Below, one piece after another: positions 8,321 to 17,200 of a stretch of 24,000 nt of DNA; the stretch's first letter is position 1, and every line of letters starts with the position of its first letter. Both the position numbers and the translations under genes were made by a program. Source of the DNA: Syntrophales bacterium. GTDB lineage: Bacteria > Desulfobacterota > Syntrophia > Syntrophales > Fen-1087. The DNA lies in NCBI GenBank assembly GCA_030656035.1, contig JAUSOK010000130.1, positions 2,689 to 26,688 of the forward strand, read 5' to 3'. A model generated the notes under the pieces. The model saw only the letters and a program-made list of their open reading frames with translations. It ran no database searches and had not been told where the DNA came from.

Positions 8321-8641
8321 TTATGGATCGGTTTCTGTCAGATTTCGATGCTGGGAATCTTCGATAATGGACGGCGTGTCATTGGCTCTCAAGTCCCGCC
8401 TCACTTCCCGGATGGTTTTGTTCAATTTATTGATCGTCCGGGTGAGCCGGAAACGCTCGACAATCCCCATGAAACCGGCAAAGATGACGCCTGCGAGAAA
8501 GGTGACAAACAGCAGCATGTACGTTTGCATGGCAATGCGATAGTGCAGGTACTGCAGCGTGACATCGGAGGTGTTCTCCAAGGAAAAGGTAATCATAAAA
8601 AGCATAATGAGCATCACGATAACCGTGTAGACGATTTTCAT
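8321..8641 (-). CDS. Small membrane protein, LapA-domain-like (two TM helices plus a basic tail)
   Basis: 106-aa ORF with two hydrophobic helices (IVYTVIVMLIMLFMITF; MLLFVTFLAGVIFAGFMGIV) followed by RFRLTRTINKLNKTIREVRRDL. It starts 1 nt after the HIT gene stop. Confidence 0.5.
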   Translation of the reverse strand: MKIVYTVIVMLIMLFMITFSLENTSDVTLQYLHYRIAMQTYMLLFVTFLAGVIFAGFMGIVERFRLTRTINKLNKTIREVRRDLRANDTPSIIEDSQHRNLTETDP

Positions 8642-8642
8642 C

Positions 8643-9131
8643 TCAATCCTCCCTCTGAAATTTCCGGAAACAGGGCAACAGGCGGTCCCGGGTTGTCAAA
8701 AGATCTTCCGGAATTACGCGTATTTTTCCCACCGTGCTCATGAAGTTGGTATCTCCGTCCCACCGCGGAATCACATGGGCATGCAGATGATCGTCAATGC
8801 CCGCACCGGCTGCTTTCCCCAGATTCATGCCGATATTGAAACCGTGGGGCTGCATCGCTTCCTTCAACGACCTGACGGAAAGCTCAATCAGGTTAAACAT
8901 CTCAATCTTTTCTGCCACTTGCAGATCCTCAAGCTCGCACAGGTGGCGATAGGGAATAATCATCAGATGACCGCTGATATAGGGATAGAGGTTCATCATC
9001 ACGAACACCGTTTTCCCCTCATATACGACAAAGTCGTCCTGACGGATGGAATCCCTGCAGAAAACACATCCGTCGGGTTTAGAGCCTGTTATGTAAGTCA
9101 TGCGCCAGGGCGCGTAAATCGATTGCATCAT
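8643..9131 (-). CDS. HIT-family nucleotide hydrolase/transferase
   Basis: Histidine triad HLHAHVIPRW. The N-terminal YAPWRMTYI resembles the GalT/Ap4A-phosphorylase branch. I placed the start at the MMQSIY ATG pair (9131/9128), preceded by GGAGGG, rather than the tracked 9176. Confidence 0.7.
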   Translation of the reverse strand: MMQSIYAPWRMTYITGSKPDGCVFCRDSIRQDDFVVYEGKTVFVMMNLYPYISGHLMIIPYRHLCELEDLQVAEKIEMFNLIELSVRSLKEAMQPHGFNIGMNLGKAAGAGIDDHLHAHVIPRWDGDTNFMSTVGKIRVIPEDLLTTRDRLLPCFRKFQRED

Positions 9132-9327
9132 TCCCTCCGTCCGCATGATCATAAGACCACAGCGTTCCGGCCTCAAATCTCTTATTGCGTATCATGACGC
9201 GCCCTAAAAAAACAAGATTTTTTTCAAACGACACCATGAAATCCTTTATTTGAAATTTCCCCCCTCCCATACAACATTTTGGCAATATAACGGCTGGCAT
9301 GGTTCATATTAGCCGGAACGATTTCTT

Positions 9328-9356
9328 TTGACATATCCCAGCCGTTTACTTATACT
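9328..9356 (+). promoter_or_regulatory. Near-consensus sigma70 promoter for the type I R-M operon
   Basis: TTGACA (9328-9333), a 17-nt spacer, then TATACT (9351-9356). It faces hsdM (ATG 9462) and sits in an AT-rich intergenic stretch. Confidence 0.5.
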
Positions 9357-9461
9357 CGCGCAGCCAACTACTTGACCAATAAGCAAAATAGATAGATTAA
9401 CCGGACCGATTCAACCGGAGATGCACGCTGTTTGATAACGGATTAGCAGAGGGATGTTTAC

Positions 9462-11045
9462 ATGGCCAAAAACAACAACGGAGCCAACCTCGGTTTTGAG
9501 CGGGAATTGTGGCAGGCGGCCGATGCGCTCCGCTCCAACATGGATGCCGCCGAATACAAACATGTCGTCCTCGGCCTGATCTTCCTCAAATACATCTCGG
9601 ATGCCTTCGAAGAGCAGCACGCCAAGCTCGATGCCGAACGAGCCCAAGGCGCCGATCCGGAAGACCCGGACGAGTATCGGGCCGTCAACATCTTCTGGGT
9701 TCCCAAGGAGGCGCGCTGGTCGGTCCTCAAGGCCGGCGCCAAGCAACCCACCGTCGGCAAGACCGTCGATGAGGCGATGCTCGCCATCGAGCGCGACAAC
9801 CCCTCCCTCAAGGGCGTGCTCCCCAAGGATTACGCCCATCCACGCCTCGACAAGCAGCGCCTCGGCCAGCTCATCGACCTGATCGGGAACCTGATGCTGG
9901 GGAGTAAGGAAAATCGCTCCAGGGACATCCTGGGGCGCGCGTTCGAATATTTCCTTTCCCAGTTCGCCAGCGCCGAAGGCAAGAAGGGCGGCCAGTTCTA
10001 TACGCCCCGGTGTATCGTTCGTGTCCTCGTGGAGATGCTTTCCCCATACAAAGGCCGGGTTTACGATCCCTGCTGCGGCTCGGGCGGCATGTTTGTCCAG
10101 TCGGTCGAGTTCGTCAAAGCCCATACATCGGGCAACGGCAACGGCGGTAAGGCCAAGGCCGATGTCAGCGTCTTCGGTCAGGAATCCAACCACACCACTT
10201 GGCGTCTGGCCAAGATGAACCTCGCCATCCGGCAGATCGAGAACAACATCGGGAAGGAACATGCCGACAGTTTTCACCAGGACCTGCACCCGGATCTCAA
10301 GGCCGATTATGTCCTGGCCAATCCGCCGTTTAACGACAGCGACTGGCGCGGCGAGATGCTCAAAGAGGATAAACGCTGGAAGTACGGCATCCCGCCGGTC
10401 GGGAATGCCAACTACGCCTGGGTCCAGCACTTTATTCACCATCTCGCCCCCACCGGCATGGCGGGTTTCGTCCTGGCGAACGGGTCCATGTCCTCCAACC
10501 AGTCTGGCGAAGGGGAAATCCGCAAGAACATCATCGAGGCCGATATCGTGGACTGCATGGTCGCCATGCCTGGTCAACTTTTCTACTCGACGCAGATTCC
10601 CGTATGTCTCTGGTTCATTGCTCGTGACAAGAAGAACGGCCGTTTCAGGGATCGTCGCGGCCAAACCCTTTTCATCGACGCCCGCAAGCTCGGCACGCTG
10701 ATCGACCGCGTCCATCGCGATCTGACCGACGAGGATATCGGCAAGATCGCCGACACCTACCACGCATGGCGGGGCAAGTCCTCACCCTTGGCGGGAGAGG
10801 GACAGGCCGAATACCAAGACATCCCCGGCTTCTGCAAATCCGCCACCCTGGACGGGATCCGCCATCACGGTCACATCCTTACCCCCGGCCGATACGTTGG
10901 CGCGGCTGCCGTCGAGAATGACGGTGAGCCGTTCGAGGAGAAGATGGCCCGCCTGACCGCTGACCTGCGCGGGCAGATGGAGGAGTCCGCCAAGCTGGAC
11001 AAGCTCATCTGGGCCAATCTGGAGGATATCGGTTATGTCTTTTAA
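9462..11045 (+). CDS. hsdM: Type I restriction-modification system, N6-adenine DNA methyltransferase subunit M
   Basis: 527-aa ORF. HsdM_N-type N-terminus ([36 protein letters not shown]), AdoMet motif [11 protein letters not shown], and catalytic motif IV NPPF. Confidence 0.95.
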   Translation: MAKNNNGANLGFERELWQAADALRSNMDAAEYKHVVLGLIFLKYISDAFEEQHAKLDAERAQGADPEDPDEYRAVNIFWVPKEARWSVLKAGAKQPTVGKTVDEAMLAIERDNPSLKGVLPKDYAHPRLDKQRLGQLIDLIGNLMLGSKENRSRDILGRAFEYFLSQFASAEGKKGGQFYTPRCIVRVLVEMLSPYKGRVYDPCCGSGGMFVQSVEFVKAHTSGNGNGGKAKADVSVFGQESNHTTWRLAKMNLAIRQIENNIGKEHADSFHQDLHPDLKADYVLANPPFNDSDWRGEMLKEDKRWKYGIPPVGNANYAWVQHFIHHLAPTGMAGFVLANGSMSSNQSGEGEIRKNIIEADIVDCMVAMPGQLFYSTQIPVCLWFIARDKKNGRFRDRRGQTLFIDARKLGTLIDRVHRDLTDEDIGKIADTYHAWRGKSSPLAGEGQAEYQDIPGFCKSATLDGIRHHGHILTPGRYVGAAAVENDGEPFEEKMARLTADLRGQMEESAKLDKLIWANLEDIGYVF

Positions 11046-12120
11046 TGCAAAGGTTCCCTATAACGATCTTCCGCCTCTCCCGCCCAAGGTCGATGTTGAA
11101 ACCAAGACGATCCTCAAGGAGACCATCGCTGCCAGAAGCGCGTTGGCCGAACTGAAAGGTCTTGGCGAGACGATTCCCAATCAGGCCCTGCTGGTGGACT
11201 CCCTGATCTTACAGGAAGCGAAGGCCAGTTCTGAAATCGAGAATATCATCACCACCAGTGACGCGCTCTTCCGCGCCTTTACAGCGAAGACAAGACAAAC
11301 CGATCCGGCGACAAAAGAAGTGCTCCGTTATCGGGAGGCTCTGTGGAAGGGATACAACACCCTGAAGAGTCGGCCGGTACTTGCCACCAACCTGTTCATA
11401 GAACTCGTCCAGACCATCAAAGAGCATTCGGGCGGCATCCGCAGGATGCCGGGAACAGCCGTCGCCAACGCCGCAACAGGAGCCGTCATCTATACACCTC
11501 CGGAAGGTGAAACCGTTATCCGGGATAAGTTGAAGAACCTTGAGAATTTCATCCATGCCGAGGACGACCTGGACCCGTTGATCAAGCTGGCCCTGATCCA
11601 TTATCAATTTGAGGCTATTCACCCCTTCGCCGACGGCAATGGACGAACAGGGAGAATCATTAACATTCTCTTCCTCGTTCTGAACGGTTTGCTGGATCTG
11701 CCGGTACTCTATCTCAGCAAGTCCATCATCGAAAATAAGAATGACTACTATCGCCTCCTGCGTCAGGTAACCGAGAAGGGCTTGTGGGAACCGTGGATTC
11801 TCTTCATGCTGAAGGCCGTCAAAGAAACCGCCGTATTTACTCGTGAACGCACACTGGCGATTCGGGGGCTGATGACCGAAACAATGGAAAAGGCCAAGGA
11901 AAAACTGCCCACCCGTGTTTACTCCAAGGAACTGATCGAAACGATCTTCCGCCAGCCCTATACCAAGGGCCAATTTCTCGTTGATGCAGGAATCGTTCAG
12001 AGAAAAACCGCCGCAGAATACCTCAAAGAATTGGAAAAGATCGGCATCTTGAAGGCCATGAAGATCGGCAAGGAAACGCTTTACCTGAATGTGGGGCTTT
12101 ATGATCTGCTTTCACATTAA
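11035..12120 (+). CDS. fic: Fic-family protein (class II: N-terminal inhibitory helix, canonical AMPylation motif, C-terminal wHTH-like region)
   Basis: Fic motif [12 protein letters not shown] (11620-11655). Fic_N-type N-terminus LPPLPP...ALAELKG. Inhibitory motif (S/T)xxxE(G/N) = SSEIEN (11227-11244). GGAGGA Shine-Dalgarno sequence 8 nt upstream. The gene overlaps the hsdM 3' end by 11 nt. Confidence 0.9.
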   Translation: MSFNAKVPYNDLPPLPPKVDVETKTILKETIAARSALAELKGLGETIPNQALLVDSLILQEAKASSEIENIITTSDALFRAFTAKTRQTDPATKEVLRYREALWKGYNTLKSRPVLATNLFIELVQTIKEHSGGIRRMPGTAVANAATGAVIYTPPEGETVIRDKLKNLENFIHAEDDLDPLIKLALIHYQFEAIHPFADGNGRTGRIINILFLVLNGLLDLPVLYLSKSIIENKNDYYRLLRQVTEKGLWEPWILFMLKAVKETAVFTRERTLAIRGLMTETMEKAKEKLPTRVYSKELIETIFRQPYTKGQFLVDAGIVQRKTAAEYLKELEKIGILKAMKIGKETLYLNVGLYDLLSH

Positions 12121-12211
12121 CATGTCCATGCCGCGGACACGTTCTTATTATGTGTCCAATATAATCAATTTCATGGACACGTATTCCGAACATGTTCATG
12201 CCGTGGACACG
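12121..12211. promoter_or_regulatory. Repeat/operator-like motif array with an embedded perfect -10 hexamer, in the only gap of the R-M operon
   Basis: There is a 21-bp direct repeat: catgtccatgccgcggacacg (12121-12141) and catgttcatgccgtggacacg (12191-12211), 19/21 identical and 70 bp apart. GGACACG occurs at 12135, 12175 and 12205. Inverted GTGTCC is at 12152-12157. TATAAT is at 12160-12165. Confidence 0.4.
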
Positions 12212-12269
12212 AAGGAACAGACACTAACCACCGAGAGGCTCGGCCAGACCAGTTTGGAGGATATCGCCT

Positions 12270-13580
12270 ATGGCGGGTGAGTGGCAAACCCGAAAAATCG
12301 GTGACATCGGGAAGGTAGTCACAGGAAAGACGCCATCCACTACAAGACCGGAAAATTTCGACGGCGATTATCCGTTCATCACCATTCCAGACCTTGACGG
12401 ACGCCGAGACATTCCAATGAGTGCTCGAACGCTTTCGGAGCTTGGCGCGGAAACGATGCGTAGCTGCCGCCTCCCTGCAGGCGCAGTGATGATGTCTTGC
12501 ATTGCGACGATTGGGAAATGTGGTATCACCACCCGTCCGAGCTTCACTAATCAACAAATCAACAGCGTGATTTGTGGAGACGATGTTGACCCAAAGTTCC
12601 TATACTATTGTTTCACACAACTTGGTCCAGCGCTAGACGCTGCAGGCGGCGGAGGCTCCGTTTACACGAATGTTTCAAAATCCCGTTTTTCAGCGATTGA
12701 AGTCGCACTTCCGCCTCTCAAGGAACAGCAAGCCATCGCCAATATATTGGGGTCGCTGGATGATAAGATCGAAATGAACCGAAAGATGAACCGGACGCTG
12801 GAGGCGATAGCGAAGGCGATTTTCAAGAGCTGGTTTGTGGACTTTGATCCCGTCCGCGCCAAGGTCGAAGGCCGCAACCCCGGCCTGCCAAAGAATATTA
12901 CCGATATTTTTCCGAACTTTTTCCAGGATTCGGAACTCGGCGAGATTCCCAAAGGGTGGAATGTGTCTAATCTTGGAGACATTGCGGAAGTTATAGACTG
13001 TCTTCACTCAAAAAAACCAGAACGTCAAGCAAGCGGAAAACCATTGTTACAGCTTTGGAATATTCGGGATGACAGCCTCATAGATATGACGGATACATAT
13101 TTTATTACCGAGGATGATTACAGTCAGTGGATTTCGAGGATGGAGGCTATTCCTGGCGATTGTGTCATTACAAATGTCGGGCGAGTAGCAGCCACGGCAC
13201 AGATTCCCATCGGCTTGAACGCTGCACTTGGTAGGAATATGACGGGGATACGTTGCCGTGTATCGTTTTTATTTCCAACATTCTTAATCGAGTGTTTGCA
13301 TTCTTCTGCGATGAAGGAAGAAATTGCACAAAAAACCGATACTGGAACAATTCTGGATGCACTAAACGTCCGCAATATTCCCAAATTACGTATCATAAAA
13401 CCAAGCAACAATATTGCGTCTCAATTTGAATTTACATGCCGTCCATTACGTTTAAAGATGGAGCGTAACTTCTCAATATCGATCCAATTTACAAACCTTC
13501 GAGACACATTGCTGCCCAAAATGATCTCCGGCGAATTTTCTATCCCGGATGCTGCGCGGATTATCGAGAGGGTTGTGTGA
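12270..13580 (+). CDS. hsdS: Type I restriction-modification system, specificity subunit S
   Basis: 436-aa ORF with two variable target-recognition regions separated by the conserved central helix LPPLKEQQAIANILGSLDDKIEMNRKMNRTLEAIAKAIFKSWFVDFDP, and a distal conserved LRDTLLPKMISGE. GGAGG Shine-Dalgarno sequence 9 nt upstream. Confidence 0.9.
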   Translation: MAGEWQTRKIGDIGKVVTGKTPSTTRPENFDGDYPFITIPDLDGRRDIPMSARTLSELGAETMRSCRLPAGAVMMSCIATIGKCGITTRPSFTNQQINSVICGDDVDPKFLYYCFTQLGPALDAAGGGGSVYTNVSKSRFSAIEVALPPLKEQQAIANILGSLDDKIEMNRKMNRTLEAIAKAIFKSWFVDFDPVRAKVEGRNPGLPKNITDIFPNFFQDSELGEIPKGWNVSNLGDIAEVIDCLHSKKPERQASGKPLLQLWNIRDDSLIDMTDTYFITEDDYSQWISRMEAIPGDCVITNVGRVAATAQIPIGLNAALGRNMTGIRCRVSFLFPTFLIECLHSSAMKEEIAQKTDTGTILDALNVRNIPKLRIIKPSNNIASQFEFTCRPLRLKMERNFSISIQFTNLRDTLLPKMISGEFSIPDAARIIERVV

Positions 13581-14290
13581 TGGCACTTTTACCCCAAGAA
13601 TCTGTCTTTGTGATGCACGGAGCCCGTGTCGCCGTTGCTGGAGGATTGCTGCACATCGAGGAGCAGGTGAAGGCTTTGGAGTTGGCGGTGGTCGAGAATA
13701 CTGGCTTGGCCTTCGACCTCGCAAAGACTCTGATTGAAAGTGTTTGCAGAACCATCATAAAAGAGCGGGGAAACATATTAGATAAGGACGATGATCTCCC
13801 GAAGCTCTTCAAGACAGCATCATTCATAGTCCCGTTTCTTCCTGTATCTTTGGCGTCTGATGCCGCTGCAAGGAAGAGCTTGCAGCAGACACTTAGCGGG
13901 TTAAACACTGCCGTGCAGGGTGTCTGCGAACTCCGAAATGCCTTTGGCTTTGCTTCCCATGGCAGCGCGGAGCCACGCCCCCCAATGGAAGGCGTTCAAG
14001 CACTATTGGTTGCTCAGGCCGCCGATGCAATTATCGGTTTCCTGTATCGAGTCCACAGCCAAGACCTTGCAAGACCTCGCACTGTGGCACTTAATTACGC
14101 CGACCGTTCGGACTTCAATGATTGGATTGATGACCAGACAGAACCCGTACAAATCCTCACTCTCCCGCCGTACCGAGCAAGCGAGGTCCTTTTCAATGTG
14201 GATCAAGAAGCCTACCGCGATCTATTGTCACAATACAAGACCGAGGATGAAACCGACGTGCAAGCCGAGCAGGTAGGAGAGGTCGCCTAA
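13580..14290 (+). CDS. Abi_C-like (abortive infection C-terminal domain family) protein
   Basis: The segment [19 protein letters not shown]...DDLPKLFK...[24 protein letters not shown]...[15 protein letters not shown] matches my recollection of the Abi_C domain (helical, with a conserved RN..G..HG core). The ATG at 13580 shares one base with the hsdS stop (TGATG), and a GTG at 13577 is also possible. Its stop shares one base with the hsdR start (TAATG). This is a by-eye assignment. Confidence 0.55.
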   Translation: MALLPQESVFVMHGARVAVAGGLLHIEEQVKALELAVVENTGLAFDLAKTLIESVCRTIIKERGNILDKDDDLPKLFKTASFIVPFLPVSLASDAAARKSLQQTLSGLNTAVQGVCELRNAFGFASHGSAEPRPPMEGVQALLVAQAADAIIGFLYRVHSQDLARPRTVALNYADRSDFNDWIDDQTEPVQILTLPPYRASEVLFNVDQEAYRDLLSQYKTEDETDVQAEQVGEVA

Positions 14291-17200
14291 TGAGTGCAAA
14301 CAACTTTACCGAGTCCATCGTCGAGCAGGCCGCCCTGGCCTGGCTGGAGAGCATGGGGTACACAGTCCTGTCTGGGCTGGAGATCGCCCCCGGCGAGTTA
14401 CAGGCTGAGCGGGATAATTACGGACAAGTAATTTTGGAACGCCGTCTAAAGCAGGCCCTCCAGCAGTTGAATCCGCAGGCGCCTGCTGATGCCCTGGAAG
14501 AGGCGTTCCGCAAGTTGACCCGGCCGGATTCGCCATCCCTCGTTTCCAACAACCATGCCCTCCACAAGTATCTCGTCGAGGGCGTGCCGGTGGAATATCA
14601 ACGCCCCGACGGCTCCATCGGCGGCGATCTCGTTCGCGTCCTGGATTATGACGCTCCGGATACCAACGAGTTTGTAGCCGTCAACCAGTTCACGGTTGTG
14701 GAGGACCGGCACGAGCGACGGCCCGACATCGTTCTCTTCGTAAACGGGCTACCGCTCGCAGTGATCGAGCTGAAGAATGCCGCCACCGAAAGCGCCACGA
14801 TCTGGTCCGCCTTCAACCAGCTTCAGACCTACAAACAGCAGCTCCCTTCGCTTTTCGTGTTCAATGAAGCCTTGGTCATTTCCGACGGCGTCCAGGCCCG
14901 GATCGGGACACTGACGGGCGACAAGGAGTGGTTCATGCCGTGGCGAACCATCGAAGGCGAGGCATTAGCCGATACCTCCCTGCCACAGTTGCAGGTCGTC
15001 CTGGAGGGCGTTTTCGACAAGCTGCGGTTCCTGAACATGATCCGGCATTTCATCGTCTTCGAGGACAGCGGTGGCGGGGTCCTCATCAAGAAAATGGCCG
15101 GTTATCACCAGTACCACGCAGTGAACGTGGCCCTTGCTGAAACCCTTCGCGCCTGCATGACCGTGTACGATTTGCCCGGCATCCGGGACGAAGGAACCTA
15201 TTTTGCCAGGCGACAGAAGGACGCCAAACCGGGCGATCGGCGCGTCGGCGTGATCTGGCATACCCAGGGATCCGGCAAGAGCCTGACCATGGCCTTCTAT
15301 GCCGGGCGGGTCGTGCTCCATCCGGCCATGGAAAATCCGACGATCGTTGTCATCACTGATCGAAACGACCTTGACGACCAGCTTTACGGGACCTTCGCCC
15401 GTTGTCATGAACTTTTGCGGCAGGAGCCCGTGCAAGCCCGGAACCGGGAACACCTGCGGGACCTTCTCCAGACCTCTTCCGGTGGCGTTGTTTTCACGAC
15501 GGTGCAAAAGTTCTTTCCCGCCGAGGCCGAGGACCAGCACCCACTACTCTCGGACCGGCGGAACATCGTGGTGATCGCCGATGAGGCCCACCGCAGCCAG
15601 TACGACTTCATCGACGGATTCGCTCGGCACATGCGTGAGGCCCTGCCGAAGGCGTCTTTCATCGGTTTTACGGGCACGCCCATCGAACTTTCCGACAAGA
15701 ACACCCGCGCGGTCTTCGGCGATTACGTCAGCATCTATGACATCGAACGAGCCGTCAAGGACGGGGCGACAGTTCCGATCTACTACGAGAGCCGTCTGGC
15801 AAGGCTGGAACTGAAGGAGTCCGAACGCCCACGCATCGATCCGGAATTCGAGGAGGTGACCGAAGGTGAGGAGGTCGAGAGCAAGGAAAAGCTCAAGACG
15901 AAATGGGCACAACTGGAGGCCCTTGTCGGCGCGGAAAAGCGCGTCCGGCTGATCGCGGAAGACCTGGTTAAACATTTCGAGGGCCGCCTGGAGGCGATGG
16001 ACGGTAAGGCGATGATCGTCGGCATGAGCCGCCGCATCTGCGTGGAACTCTACAACGCCATCACCGCGATCCGTCCCGACTGGAAGCATGACAATCAAAA
16101 CGATCAGGATCATCACGATGATGACGACGCGAACGACAAACACAATAATAATTCAATATCCATCAAGATCGTCATGACGGGTTCCGCATCCGATCCGGTG
16201 GAATGGCAAGAGCATATCCGCACCAAGGCACGCCGGGAAACCTTAGCGAAACGGTTCAAGTACCCCGATGACCCATTCAAGATCGTCATCGTCCGTGATA
16301 TGTGGTTGACCGGATTCGACGCTCCCTGCCTGCATACGATGTATATGGACAAGCCCATGCGCAGCCACGGCCTCATGCAGGCCATCGCGCGGGTGAACCG
16401 GGTTTTCAAGGACAAGCCGGGCGGTCTGGTCGTGGACTACCTGGGGCTGGCCCATGAGTTAAAGTCCGCCCTGGCAAACTATACGGAGAGCGGCGGCCAA
16501 GGCCGGGCGGCGATCGATCAGGACGAGGCTGTGATGTTGATGCTGGAGAAATTCGAGGTCTGCTGCGGCATCTTCCACGGATTCGATTGGACCAAGTGGA
16601 ATTCCAGGGACCCGCAGGAGCGTCTGTCTATCCTGCCTGCAGCCCAAGAGCATGTCCTGTCGAAGAAGGACGGCAAGAGCCGATTATCGGATGCAGTCGT
16701 TGACCTTTCAAATGCGTTTGCCTTGGCCGTGCCACACGAAAAGGCGCTCCATATCCGAGATGATGTGGCGTTCTTCCAGGCCATGAAGGCGGTCATGAGC
16801 AAAAGCATTTCGGGAGAGCGACGCAGCCCTGATGAAATCGATCACGCCATCCGGCAAATCGTCTCGAAGGCCGTGTCATCCGACGAAGTGATCGACATCT
16901 TCGCTGCTGCCGGACTCAAAAAGCCCGACATCTCCATCCTTTCGGATGAGTTCTTGGCGGAAGTCCGGGGAATGCCCCAGCGGAACCTGGCTGTCGAGAT
17001 GCTCCGTAAACTACTGGATGGAGAGGTCAAGAAGCGAAGCCGGAAGAATATCGTTCAAGGCCGGTCCTTTGCCGAAATGCTGGAAAATGCGATCAAGCGC
17101 TACCAGTCCCGCGCGATTGAAGCAGCGCAGGTTATCGAAGAGCTTATTGCCTTGGCCAAAGACATGCGGGAGGCCGATCGGCGGGGCGAAGCACTCGGGC

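Noticed and set aside
9411-10763. 450-aa ORF on the minus strand
   Set aside because: It is entirely antisense to hsdM, whose motifs are unambiguous. Its translation is low-complexity (Gly/Ala/Val/Asp/Leu-rich), typical of a GC-rich shadow frame, and it has no Shine-Dalgarno sequence.
11209-11973. 254-aa minus-strand ORF
   Set aside because: It is antisense to fic, whose Fic motif and Shine-Dalgarno sequence are clear.
12122-12280. 52-aa ORF (MSMPRTRSYY...SLEDIAYGG) between fic and hsdS, or the tracked 63-aa version from 12089
   Set aside because: It is more likely a relic of an hsdM 3' end plus regulatory repeats than a gene. Only its last ~7 residues resemble anything (the HsdM C-terminus). 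The internal 21-bp repeats fall in different frames, and it has no Shine-Dalgarno sequence. It is kept as a finding, not as a CDS.
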